From assembly GCF_001457595.1 (NCBI RefSeq), contig NZ_LN831039.1:600001-632000 (forward strand): 32,000 bases of DNA, in the 5' to 3' direction. Shown here piece by piece: positions 1-8,071 of the stretch. Source of the stretch: Mycolicibacterium smegmatis. GTDB taxonomy: Bacteria > Actinomycetota > Actinomycetes > Mycobacteriales > Mycobacteriaceae. Numbering within the stretch: position 1 is the stretch's first letter; the number at the start of each line of letters is the position of its first letter. Made by a program: the position numbers and the translations under genes. The notes beneath the pieces were generated by a model. The model did not search any database. It was not told the origin of the DNA and worked only from the letters and a program-made list of their open reading frames with translations.

Positions 1-38
1 CTTGTCCCAGCGTTCCATGTGGGCGAACAACGAAAACT

Positions 39-239
39 TCATGACTGCTGGTCCTTCATCTCCGCGATGGTGACATCACCGGTGGTCCAATGGGTTTGGG
101 GAACTTCGTGGACGATGACACGAATATGCTGCGGATGGGTGTCCACCGTTCTCAGCACCGCTGCGTGTACTTCGTGCATCATGGCGCGGATCTGATCAGG
201 TGAACGACCCGCGGCAAGAGTGACCTGGATTAGTGGCAT
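39..239 (-). CDS. 4-oxalocrotonate tautomerase family protein (66 aa)
   Basis: Short protein starting Met-Pro (MPLIQVTL...), giving the catalytic Pro1 after Met removal. Size and beta-alpha-beta pattern are typical of the 4-OT family. It starts 1 nt after the ALDH stop. Confidence 0.8.
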   Translation of the reverse strand: MPLIQVTLAAGRSPDQIRAMMHEVHAAVLRTVDTHPQHIRVIVHEVPQTHWTTGDVTIAEMKDQQS

Positions 240-240
240 C

Positions 241-1728
241 TCAGCTCCGCATCACGAACGGGTCGGGGACTGGGCCCTCGTCGGTGTTGATCCACACGCT
301 CTTCAGGCGCGTGTATTCCTTGATGGTCTCGGTGCCGTGCTCGACTCCTACCCCGCTGCTCTTGAACCCCTGTCGCGGCGACATCGGCGACATCGCACGG
401 TAGGTGTTGACCCAAACGGTCCCGGCGTCCAGGTGTGCGGCCATTCGGTGCGCACGAGCGAGATTCGACGTCCACACGCCGGCGGCGAGTCCGTACCGGG
501 TGTCGTTGGCCAGCGCCACCACTTCGTCCTCGGTGTCGAACGGCATGATCGCGGCGACCGGGCCAAAGATTTCTTCGCGGACGACTTGCATCTGGTTGTG
601 AACGTCGATGAGCACCGTGGGTTCGTAAAAGAAGCCACCGAGACCGGCGTCGGTGGCCTTGCCGCCGGTGAGCACACGTGCGCCCTCGGAACGGCCGAGG
701 TCGACGTAGGACGCCACCTTGTTTCGCTGGTCTTCGAAGGCGAGCGGCCCGAGTTCGGTGTCATCGAGCAGCGGGTCTCCCATGCGGATGCTGCCGGCGC
801 GGTCCGCGACACGTTCGAGCAGTTCGTCATAGATCGCCCGCTGGGCGAACACACGGCTACCTGCTATGCAGGTCTGGCCCGCCGCGGCGAAGATACCCGC
901 CACCACACCGGTGGCGGCGTTGGCGACGTTGGCGTCGTCGAACACGATGTTGGGCGATTTGCCGCCGAGCTCCAGTGTGGATCCGATGAACCGGCCTGCC
1001 GCGGCCGAGGCGATGCTGGCTCCGGTCGCGGTGCTGCCTGTGAACGAGATCTTCGCCAGCACAGGGTGATCCACGAGCGCCTGGCCGGCCTCCGCACCGA
1101 AGCCGGTGACCACGTTCACCGCCCCGGGGGGAAAGCCTGCTTCGATCACGAGTTCTGCGAGGGTCAGCACGGTTGCCGAGGTGTGCTCAGATGGCTTGAC
1201 CACGACAGTGTTTCCTGCACACAACGCCGGTGCCAGCTTGCTGGTGGTGAGCGTCAACGGCGAATTCCACGGGGTGATGGCGCCGACCACGCCCAGCGGC
1301 TCACGCATCGTGTAGTTGAGCACCCGCCGATCCGAGGTCGGGATGACATCACCCTGGATCTTGTCGGCAAGACCGGCGTAATAGTAGTAATACTCGGGCA
1401 GAGTGGCGAGTTGGCCCCGCATCTCGCGCAGCAGCTTGCCGTTGTCGAGAGATTCGGAACGGGCGAGTTCCTCGGCGTGCTCTCCGACGAGGTCGCCGAG
1501 ACGACGTAGCAGACGGCCCCGCTTGGTCTGGCTGAGGTCACGCCACCGAGGGTCGTTGAATGCCGCGGCGGCCGCGGTGACCGCAGCGTCCACGTCGGCG
1601 GCGTTGCCGCGAGCGGCCCGGTAGAGCACCTCACGGGTGGCAGGGTTGGTGCTCTCGAAATGCTCGCCTGACGACGGCGCGACGGGCTTGCCGTCGATGA
1701 AGTGCTGCAAAGTGCGCAGATCAGACAT
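241..1728 (-). CDS. NAD(P)+-dependent aldehyde dehydrogenase (495 aa)
   Basis: Full-length ALDH fold motifs are present: ELGGKSP (catalytic Glu), FAAAGQTCIAGSRVF (catalytic Cys), FTGSTATG and ITPWNSP. The ATG at 1728 overlaps the upstream hydrolase stop by 8 nt. Confidence 0.95.
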   Translation of the reverse strand: MSDLRTLQHFIDGKPVAPSSGEHFESTNPATREVLYRAARGNAADVDAAVTAAAAAFNDPRWRDLSQTKRGRLLRRLGDLVGEHAEELARSESLDNGKLLREMRGQLATLPEYYYYYAGLADKIQGDVIPTSDRRVLNYTMREPLGVVGAITPWNSPLTLTTSKLAPALCAGNTVVVKPSEHTSATVLTLAELVIEAGFPPGAVNVVTGFGAEAGQALVDHPVLAKISFTGSTATGASIASAAAGRFIGSTLELGGKSPNIVFDDANVANAATGVVAGIFAAAGQTCIAGSRVFAQRAIYDELLERVADRAGSIRMGDPLLDDTELGPLAFEDQRNKVASYVDLGRSEGARVLTGGKATDAGLGGFFYEPTVLIDVHNQMQVVREEIFGPVAAIMPFDTEDEVVALANDTRYGLAAGVWTSNLARAHRMAAHLDAGTVWVNTYRAMSPMSPRQGFKSSGVGVEHGTETIKEYTRLKSVWINTDEGPVPDPFVMRS

Positions 1729-2464
1729 GGATGTCGCCTCCTATGACTGTGCCGAGGAATGCGGTGATGGTGTCGGCTAGTTCACGTGGACACTGAACCG
1801 GAAGCATGTGGCGCGCACCGGGAATGATGTGCATGCGGCAGTGTGGTATCGCCGTGGCGAGCCGCCGCGACATCTCCGGTGTCGAGCCGGGATCGTCCGA
1901 ACCGGTTACCGCCAGGGCGGGAACGGTTATGCGTTCGAGAAGTGGTGCGATCTCGGCATCGGCGGTGGCGAACACCCGATAGCAGTTCAGGAAGCTGTCC
2001 GGGTCGATGGCCAGGAGCATGGCCTCTGTGCGGGCGACCTGATCGAGGGCGACGGAGGTACCGTCGTACCAACGCCTCAGAGAGGCAACTGAACTCGCGC
2101 GGATGTCGGTCGCTGCGGTATCGAGCCGGGTCAGGACTTGAGCGCGTTCCTCCGGAGTGCGCCGACATACCGAGGCCACCGACGTCAGCGAGGCCACCAG
2201 CTCCGGACGATGTATCGCCAGGTGCTGCGCGACCAGCGCGCCCAAAGAGAACCCCACGAGATGTGATCCGGCCGGAATCGCACTGGCCATCCCGTCGGCC
2301 AGGTCGGCGAGCGTCACGCCGGGCGGGGCGGGTGGCCGCTTGCCGTGGCCTGGCAGATCGGGAGCGATGACCTCGAACCGGTCGGCCAGGAGTGCTGCCA
2401 CCGTGTCCCACACGGAGTGATCGAGCCCCACACCGTGCAAAAGGACGAGCGTCGGCCTGGACAT
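1721..2464 (-). CDS. alpha/beta-fold hydrolase (247 aa)
   Basis: LVLLHGVGLDHSVW oxyanion region, nucleophile elbow GFSLGA (G-x-S-x-G) and a C-terminal GARHMLP His motif. It resembles meta-cleavage-product or enol-lactone hydrolases. Confidence 0.88.
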   Translation of the reverse strand: MSRPTLVLLHGVGLDHSVWDTVAALLADRFEVIAPDLPGHGKRPPAPPGVTLADLADGMASAIPAGSHLVGFSLGALVAQHLAIHRPELVASLTSVASVCRRTPEERAQVLTRLDTAATDIRASSVASLRRWYDGTSVALDQVARTEAMLLAIDPDSFLNCYRVFATADAEIAPLLERITVPALAVTGSDDPGSTPEMSRRLATAIPHCRMHIIPGARHMLPVQCPRELADTITAFLGTVIGGDIHV

Positions 2465-2466
2465 GT

Positions 2467-3018
2467 CTACTTCTCGCTGCTCAGCGGGGCCAGGCGTTGC
2501 TGGGGCCGTCCCTGTGACGCGGCGGCCAATGCGATGACGATCTCGCCGGCGTGCGGGGCGTCGGCGATACGTGCCTCCACGGTCTGGTGGTGCGATCGGA
2601 TGGTGGCGTCAGTGATGTGTTTGAGCGGGATGTCGAAGATGATTCCTGCTGGTCCACGCTTTTCGACGGCGGGTAGCAGCGTGGTGGCGTTGGCGGCCTT
2701 GCGGAAATGGTCACCGAACTTCAAGGTGTGGATGAGCCCGGATCCGTGCTCGATCTCGCCGTCCAATCCGACGATCGCTGCCTTGCCGTAAGCCTCGGCG
2801 GGTTCCTCGAGTGCATCCAGCACCAGCGGAGCCAGCAGAGCACCTAGATCCGATGCGGTGGCATCGATCCCCGGCGTCAGATCTTCGACAAAACCCTGAC
2901 CAGCCCACGGATTTTCGATCACCGCTGCCACGACAGCGACACGTGCCGGTGGATTGACCTCCCGATCACCCTCGGTGCGGATCTCTTCGACGATGGTGAC
3001 GATTTTGCGGAGCTTCAT
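2467..3018 (-). CDS. amino acid synthesis family protein (DUF1185/PF06684-like), copy 2 (183 aa)
   Basis: MKLRKIVTIVEEI...NPWAG...GEIEHGS...KHITDATIRSHHQT pattern is characteristic of this family. An ATGA start/stop overlap links it to the upstream paralogue. Confidence 0.75.
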   Translation of the reverse strand: MKLRKIVTIVEEIRTEGDREVNPPARVAVVAAVIENPWAGQGFVEDLTPGIDATASDLGALLAPLVLDALEEPAEAYGKAAIVGLDGEIEHGSGLIHTLKFGDHFRKAANATTLLPAVEKRGPAGIIFDIPLKHITDATIRSHHQTVEARIADAPHAGEIVIALAAASQGRPQQRLAPLSSEK

Positions 3019-3647
3019 GACAGGACACTCTCCAGACTCTTGATGGTGACTGCGGGGTCGGTGGTGCGGTCTCCGATGCGGGGATGGGGGCGGGGGCCGC
3101 TCGACCCCGCCGCAACGATGACGAGCTCATCGGGTCGCGGGGCATCGGACACCCGCGTACTGACCGTTTGATAGTGACTGCGAGTTGCGGCATGGGTCTT
3201 GTGCCACAGCGGGATCACGAGCGGGTCACCTGCTTCGGCGCGGGCATCGGCGAAACAGAGGATGGAGGTGCCATCGAGATATTCGCGCATCACATTGCCG
3301 AAGTACGGGGTGTGGATCAGCGCTGCCCCATGTTCGATCTCGCCGCCGCATCCGACGATGGCCGCCTTCCCGAACGCCTCGACAGCGTCGACGCCACCAA
3401 GAGCGCTCTGCAGGCGATCGGTGAGCAGGAGCGCAAGTGCCGGTGCGATGCGGGCGACCTCGTCTGACAGTTCGTGTGTCGGCGGCGTGCCAACCCATGG
3501 GTTGCGCAACACCGCGGCGACGCTGGCTTGCAGTGTGCGCCGGGCGGGCTGTTGACCGCCTTCGGTGATGACTGTCTCGCGGTAAACGACGACCTTCCGG
3601 AGTCCAATTCCCTCACCACGGAGGCTCTGTTGCATGCCACAGACCAT
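3015..3647 (-). CDS. amino acid synthesis family protein (DUF1185/PF06684-like), copy 1 (up to 210 aa)
   Basis: Paralogue of 2467..3018, sharing the blocks LRKVVVY...NPWVG...GGEIEHGAALIH...HKTHAATRSHYQT. The start is uncertain (ATG 3647 or ATG 3635) and neither has a clear SD. Confidence 0.75.
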   Translation of the reverse strand: MVCGMQQSLRGEGIGLRKVVVYRETVITEGGQQPARRTLQASVAAVLRNPWVGTPPTHELSDEVARIAPALALLLTDRLQSALGGVDAVEAFGKAAIVGCGGEIEHGAALIHTPYFGNVMREYLDGTSILCFADARAEAGDPLVIPLWHKTHAATRSHYQTVSTRVSDAPRPDELVIVAAGSSGPRPHPRIGDRTTDPAVTIKSLESVLS

Positions 3648-3783
3648 AGTTCGTAGTCGATGTGGCGGTCAAGAAACGATGATGTCGAATACGGTACTGA
3701 CCAAAAAGGCTATGAGATATACGCAGGTAACAAGCGTGTAATGCGACACTTGCTCAGTGCGGCGGAGCGACTTCTCGCCAGCC

Positions 3784-3814
3784 GTTGACACTCTGTTGTG
3801 GCTGCGCTTACATT
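3784..3814 (+). promoter_or_regulatory. candidate sigma-A type promoter for the BCCT operon, flanked by a TCTGTTGT direct repeat
   Basis: TTGACA at 3784..3789 and TACATT (TANNNT) at 3809..3814 with a 19-nt spacer. TCTGTTGT occurs at 3792..3799 and 3814..3821, 22 bp apart. The region is lower in GC and lies between divergent operons. Confidence 0.3.
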
Positions 3815-3856
3815 CTGTTGTATGCCAGAACCGATAGGCGCTCCCTGGAGAATCGC

Positions 3857-5443
3857 ATGACCAGTGACCTTGGCACCGCACCCGTCGCAGCCACCGCCTT
3901 TGAAAAACCGGATCGCTCGACCGGGAGGCTCGGATCCGTGTTCTGGACGTCGGTGGCCATCTCGGCCGTCTTCGTCGCATGGGCGGTGCTGTTCACCGAA
4001 AATCTCAACAAGGTCACGTCGGCATCGCTGAATTGGGTGACCGGCAGCTTCGGCTGGCTCTACCTCGTGATCACGCTGGGCATCCTGGTCTTCCTGGTCT
4101 TCTTGGCCTTCAGCCCCTACGGGAACACCAGGCTCGGCAAGGACACCGACCGGCCGGAGTTCAAGACCGTCACCTGGCTGGCGATGATCCTCAGCGCCGT
4201 GATGGGAATCGGATTGGTCTCATACGGTGTCGCTGAACCGATCTCGCATCTCAGCGCGCCGCCACACGGACTCGCCGAACCCGGCACACCGCAAGCCGCC
4301 GTGCGCGCGATGCAGTACTCCTACTTCGACTGGGGGCTGCACGCCTGGGCGGTTTTCGCCGTCTTCGGCCTGGCCATCGCGTATTCCACCTATCGCGTGG
4401 GCCGGCGCATGCTGGTCAGTCAACTGTTCGTGCCGCTGCTCGGGGACCGGGTCAACGGCCCGATCGGAAAGCTCATCGACGTGCTTGCGGTGTTCGCCAC
4501 GCTTTTCGGCACGACGACCTCATTGGGGCTTGGCGCTCTTCAGATCAACAACGGCCTTTTCTCGATGTTCGGCATCCCCGTCAACAGCATCAGTCAGGTC
4601 GTCATCATCGCGGCCGTCACCGCGATCTTCACGATGTCCGCAGTCACCGGGGTGAGTAGGGGAATCAAGCTCCTCAGCCAGGGAAGCACGGTGTTGGCCG
4701 TTGCGCTGTTCCTGTTCATGCTCGCGGCGGGACCGACCGTCTTCGTCGTCAATCTGTACATCGAATCACTCGGCACCTGGGCGACTGACTTCTTCCGAAT
4801 GAGTCTGCAGGGCACAGCGTTCGGTGACCTCCAATGGATGCAGTGGTGGACTTACTTCATGCTGGCCTGGTGGGTCGCGTGGGCCGCCTTTGTGGGAGTG
4901 TTCCTGGCCCGGATCTCGAGAGGCCGCACAATCCGCGGGTTCGTGGTCGGTGTCCTGGTCGTGCCTAGCGTGGTCTTCTTCACCTGGTTTACTGTGTTCG
5001 GCGGAACCGCAATACATGTCGACATGTACGAGGGTGGCGACATCGCCGAACAGACTGCCGCGGACATCAACAGCGCGTTCTTCGCGACGCTGGATCACTT
5101 CCCGTTGGCCTCGGTCACTTCGGTGGTGGCGATCCTGCTCGTGCTGATCTTCTTCATCTCCGGTGCCGACGCCAACACCTTCGTCCTCGGGATGATGACC
5201 AGCGGCGGCGCTCTGGCGCCGCGCCGCAGTGTGCTCATCCTCTGGGGTGTGCTCACAGGGGTCACGGCCATCGTGCTGATGTTCGCCGACGGCCTCGATG
5301 CACTGCAGAACACGGTGATCGTCGCGTCCCTGCCCTTCCTGATCATCATCGCCTGCCTGGCCGTGTCGTTCTGGAAGGACCTGATCGCCGACCAGCGGCG
5401 CACGACGCCACAAGCACCGATCGTTGACCTCATTGACGATTGA
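3857..5443 (+). CDS. BCCT family (betaine/carnitine/choline-type) transporter (528 aa)
   Basis: Twelve-TM-like hydrophobic profile. BCCT signature block QWWTYFMLAWWVAWAAFVGVFLARISRGRTIRGF. The ATG at 3857 is preceded by GGAG at 3847..3850; the longer ORF-track start at 3785 lies in promoter-like DNA. Confidence 0.9.
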   Translation: MTSDLGTAPVAATAFEKPDRSTGRLGSVFWTSVAISAVFVAWAVLFTENLNKVTSASLNWVTGSFGWLYLVITLGILVFLVFLAFSPYGNTRLGKDTDRPEFKTVTWLAMILSAVMGIGLVSYGVAEPISHLSAPPHGLAEPGTPQAAVRAMQYSYFDWGLHAWAVFAVFGLAIAYSTYRVGRRMLVSQLFVPLLGDRVNGPIGKLIDVLAVFATLFGTTTSLGLGALQINNGLFSMFGIPVNSISQVVIIAAVTAIFTMSAVTGVSRGIKLLSQGSTVLAVALFLFMLAAGPTVFVVNLYIESLGTWATDFFRMSLQGTAFGDLQWMQWWTYFMLAWWVAWAAFVGVFLARISRGRTIRGFVVGVLVVPSVVFFTWFTVFGGTAIHVDMYEGGDIAEQTAADINSAFFATLDHFPLASVTSVVAILLVLIFFISGADANTFVLGMMTSGGALAPRRSVLILWGVLTGVTAIVLMFADGLDALQNTVIVASLPFLIIIACLAVSFWKDLIADQRRTTPQAPIVDLIDD

Positions 5444-5457
5444 CCGAAAGGAACCCC

Positions 5458-5886
5458 ATGAGTGACAACGAGACTCGTCGGAAGCGCATCTCCTCCGCAT
5501 GGGGCGCCGCGTGGGATACCGGCGACGTCGATGCACTCGACGACCTCCTCTCCGAGTCGTACCAGCGGATCAGCGGCACGGGGAGCACGCAGAACCGCGA
5601 CGAGTTCAAATCCTCGATCACCGCGACCCGTTCGGCATTCCCTGATCTCGCCACCGTCGTCGACGAAGTGGTGGTGGAAGGCGACCGCGCGGCCATCCGC
5701 TGGCACAGCACCGGCAGCCACGAACACTCCTTTCTCGGGGTGCCCGCCACCAAACGTGAGGTCACTGTCAGCGGCGCAACCTTCGCGCGGTTCGACAACG
5801 ACCGCATCGTCGAAGAACACGTCACCTGGGACCCCCGCGCGCTGTTGACCGCGCTCGGAATCATCGCGATCGGGCAGGACCGATGA
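5458..5886 (+). CDS. SnoaL-like / predicted ester cyclase (NTF2 superfamily) protein (142 aa)
   Basis: WGAAWDTGDVDALDDLLSESY...GDRAAIRWHSTGSHEHSFLGVPATKREVTVSGATFARFDNDRIVEEHVTWD is typical of SnoaL/ester-cyclase proteins. AAAGGA SD lies 5-6 nt before ATG 5458. Confidence 0.75.
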   Translation: MSDNETRRKRISSAWGAAWDTGDVDALDDLLSESYQRISGTGSTQNRDEFKSSITATRSAFPDLATVVDEVVVEGDRAAIRWHSTGSHEHSFLGVPATKREVTVSGATFARFDNDRIVEEHVTWDPRALLTALGIIAIGQDR

Positions 5887-6380
5887 TCGAGGTGCCGACG
5901 CCCGGTATGGACCTGATGAAGCAGGTCAACCGGCAGTTCGTCACCGGTGTTACCGTGGTCACCGCACTCGACGGTGACGCCCCGCGAGGCCTTGCGGTGA
6001 ACGCGTACGCCAGTGTCTCGCTGGAACCGCCGACGGTCATGGTCGCGGTGCAGCACACGTCGGCGACCCACGCGTGCCTGTTTCGCTCCGACCATCTGGC
6101 AATCAACATCCTCTCTGCGGATCAACTCGACGTCGTGGGGCGGTTTGCATCGAAGTCCGAGGACAAGTTCGCCGGATTACGCTGGTCACCGGGTCCCTTC
6201 GGCAGCCCGCTGATCGACCGCAGTGCCGCGGCAATGGAAGCCGAGATTCGCGAGAGGCTGCAGGCCAGCACGCACACAGTGTTCATGTGCCGCGTGGTCC
6301 ACGCCGAGACATCAGGGCGAAGTCCGATGGTGTACAGCGACGGTAAGTTCTTCGACGGCGGCAATCTGGCCCCGCTGTGA
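5883..6380 (+). CDS. flavin reductase domain protein (split-barrel FMN-binding; 165 aa)
   Basis: FVTGVTVVTA...RGLAVNAYASVSLEPPTVMVAV block is typical of the small (reductase) component of two-component flavin monooxygenases. ATGA overlap with the preceding gene. Confidence 0.85.
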   Translation: MIEVPTPGMDLMKQVNRQFVTGVTVVTALDGDAPRGLAVNAYASVSLEPPTVMVAVQHTSATHACLFRSDHLAINILSADQLDVVGRFASKSEDKFAGLRWSPGPFGSPLIDRSAAAMEAEIRERLQASTHTVFMCRVVHAETSGRSPMVYSDGKFFDGGNLAPL

Positions 6381-7060
6381 GAGTTGACGAGGGAGCGGCA
6401 GTGACCAGCAAGAACGGCTCGATCCAGGGTCGGCTGATCGAAGAGATCCGGCGGCGCATCATCTCGGGAGAGATCAAGCCAGGCGTCAACATCTCCGAGC
6501 TGGCGATCGCCGAGGAGTTCGGCGTCTCTCGCACACCGGTGCGTGAGACGTTCAAGCAGCTGCAGACCGAGGGGCTCATCGAGATCCGGCCCAGAGTAGG
6601 AACGTTCGTCACCACTCCGTCGCGCCGTGAGATCACCGAGCTGTTCCAGATGAAGGAACTCCTGGAGGGGGCCGCGGCGCGATTGCTAGCGCAACGGGGG
6701 CGCGTACCGGAAATCGACAAGCTCGAGGAAAACCTCCGGCAGGCCGACGATGCTGTCGCGCGGGATGACCGCGTCCGTTACGCGGAATTGGTCGAGGAGT
6801 TCCACAACCTGCTCATCATGGGTGCCGACAACAACAAGCTGGAAGCCCACTACCGCATGCTGATGAATCAACTGGCCTATGCACGGCTGGTGCACACCTC
6901 GCTGAGCCAGCCGGGCCGGCCGCTGCAATCAGACCGCGAACATCACGTCGTGCTCGATCTCATCATCGCGAAGGATGGTGACAGTGCCGAACGGGTGATG
7001 CGCGAACATGTCCGGGCCAGCAGGCAGGCGCTGATGGCCGGCCTCGAACTGGACCTCTGA
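6377..7060 (+). CDS. GntR family transcriptional regulator (FadR/FCD subfamily; 227 aa)
   Basis: Winged-HTH block LAIAEEFGVSRTPVRETFKQLQTEGLIEIRPRVGTFV plus a helical FCD-like C-terminal domain. The GTG start is in a GTGA overlap with the flavin reductase stop; an alternative GTG lies at about 6410. Confidence 0.85.
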   Translation: MRVDEGAAVTSKNGSIQGRLIEEIRRRIISGEIKPGVNISELAIAEEFGVSRTPVRETFKQLQTEGLIEIRPRVGTFVTTPSRREITELFQMKELLEGAAARLLAQRGRVPEIDKLEENLRQADDAVARDDRVRYAELVEEFHNLLIMGADNNKLEAHYRMLMNQLAYARLVHTSLSQPGRPLQSDREHHVVLDLIIAKDGDSAERVMREHVRASRQALMAGLELDL

Positions 7061-7135
7061 TCGCACCTCCGAAACTTGCAGCGACAGAGTGATTGAAGAT
7101 CAGCCACCACAGGTTCGGGCGGCGTGCGAGCAGCA

Positions 7136-7963
7136 TCAGGGCTTGCGCGCCTGGATCGTATAGGTGAGGGGAAGACGTTCGGGGTGTTCGGCGAGCACGT
7201 ACTCACCCTCGAATTCGGTGCTCTCGATCATCCCCTGAACCAACGCCTTCCACGGCGCTTCTCGGTGCTCTTCGAGCGCGGTGACCGTGAGCCCGGCCTC
7301 GGTGAGGGCCGTGAAGACCTCGCCGAGGCCGTGGTTGAACGCCACCCCCTTCGGCGCGGACACGGTTCCTTCGCCGCCGTACGTGGTGGTTTCGGTGAAC
7401 GGGGATCCCGCTGTCTCGAAATAGGGGTAGTGCACCACCAGAAGGTCGTCGGATCGGGTCTCGTCGATCGTGTCGAGCATGGGATGACCTTCACGCATGA
7501 ACAGCCGGCCACCGGGGCGCAGCAGTTGGGCGACCACCGTGGCCCAACGCCGGATGTCGGGTAGCCAGCACAACGCACCGATGCCGGTGTAGACCAGATC
7601 GCACGACTCCCTGCCGAGGACCACGGCCGCGTCGTACACGTCGGACTCGACGAACGTGACGCGAGCGGCAGCGCGCGCCGCGAGGTCGTTGGCCGCGGCG
7701 ATCGCGGAGGGGGAGAAGTCCAGTCCGGTCACCGATTGGGCCCCGAGTCGGGCCAGCGACACGGTGTCGGTTCCGATATGGCATTGCAGGTGCACCACAT
7801 CCAGGCCCGTGATGTCACCGAGTCGCGGTAGGTCGTACCGTACGACGCCGGAAAGATGTCGAGGATCGCTGAAGCTGTCGAGGTCGTATCCCCCAGGGCT
7901 CACGTGCAGCGGGACCCGGGCCTCCCAGTTGGCCAGGTTCAGTGTCCGCCAGTCTTCGACCAC
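7136..7963 (-). CDS. class I SAM-dependent methyltransferase (275 aa)
   Basis: VVHLQCHIGTDTVSLARLGAQSVTGLDFSPSAI (motif I / post-I) and LLRPGGRLF (motif III-like). GTG start with no obvious SD. Confidence 0.8.
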   Translation of the reverse strand: MVEDWRTLNLANWEARVPLHVSPGGYDLDSFSDPRHLSGVVRYDLPRLGDITGLDVVHLQCHIGTDTVSLARLGAQSVTGLDFSPSAIAAANDLAARAAARVTFVESDVYDAAVVLGRESCDLVYTGIGALCWLPDIRRWATVVAQLLRPGGRLFMREGHPMLDTIDETRSDDLLVVHYPYFETAGSPFTETTTYGGEGTVSAPKGVAFNHGLGEVFTALTEAGLTVTALEEHREAPWKALVQGMIESTEFEGEYVLAEHPERLPLTYTIQARKP

Positions 7964-8037
7964 CCGAGGAGCTTCGCAGAGTCCTGGAGCGCTCGCACGT
8001 CATTTTGTCGGCGGCTCCCGGCCTTGGATAAGCCCAG

Positions 8038-8071
8038 TTGATCATCTGGCAATGCGATTAGCATCGCTTAC
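8038..8071 (+). promoter_or_regulatory. candidate leaderless promoter plus palindrome in front of the LysR gene
   Basis: TAGCAT (TANNNT) at 8059..8064, 7 nt before GTG 8072, with no SD. TTGATC at 8038..8043. The inverted repeat GCGAT-tagc-ATCGC at 8054..8067 spans the -10 element. Confidence 0.3.

Noticed and set aside
1-18. Possible start of another minus-strand gene (ATG at 18..16, MERWDK...) leaving the window, 20 nt downstream of the tautomerase stop.
   Set aside because: Only six codons are visible, so no call is possible. It is mentioned only as a hint that the operon continues.
1378-1392. Run of five consecutive Tyr codons (EYYYYYAG) in the aldehyde dehydrogenase.
   Set aside because: It sits in the region where ALDHs normally have an aromatic-rich E.FRYYAG.ADK block. 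It is most likely just a variant of that motif and not a repeat expansion or a signal.
220-1509. Long antisense or alternative-frame ORFs throughout the track. Examples: 220..1509(+), 8165..9136(-), 9471..10325(+), 12173..12940(-), 13125..14378(+), 15134..16369(-), 17444..18412(+), 18522..19400(-), 19950..20786(-), 20210..21172(+), 20817..21809(+), 21121..22266(-), 21331..22404(+), 22574..23707(+), 23560..24603(+), 24443..25837(+), 24479..25663(-), 25757..26395(-), 26364..27065(+) and 27376..28374(+).
   Set aside because: All overlap a gene with clear family motifs on the other strand or frame. Their translations are Arg/Pro/Gly/His-rich low-complexity strings, typical of stop-codon-poor wrong frames in high-GC DNA. 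None shows a recognisable domain.
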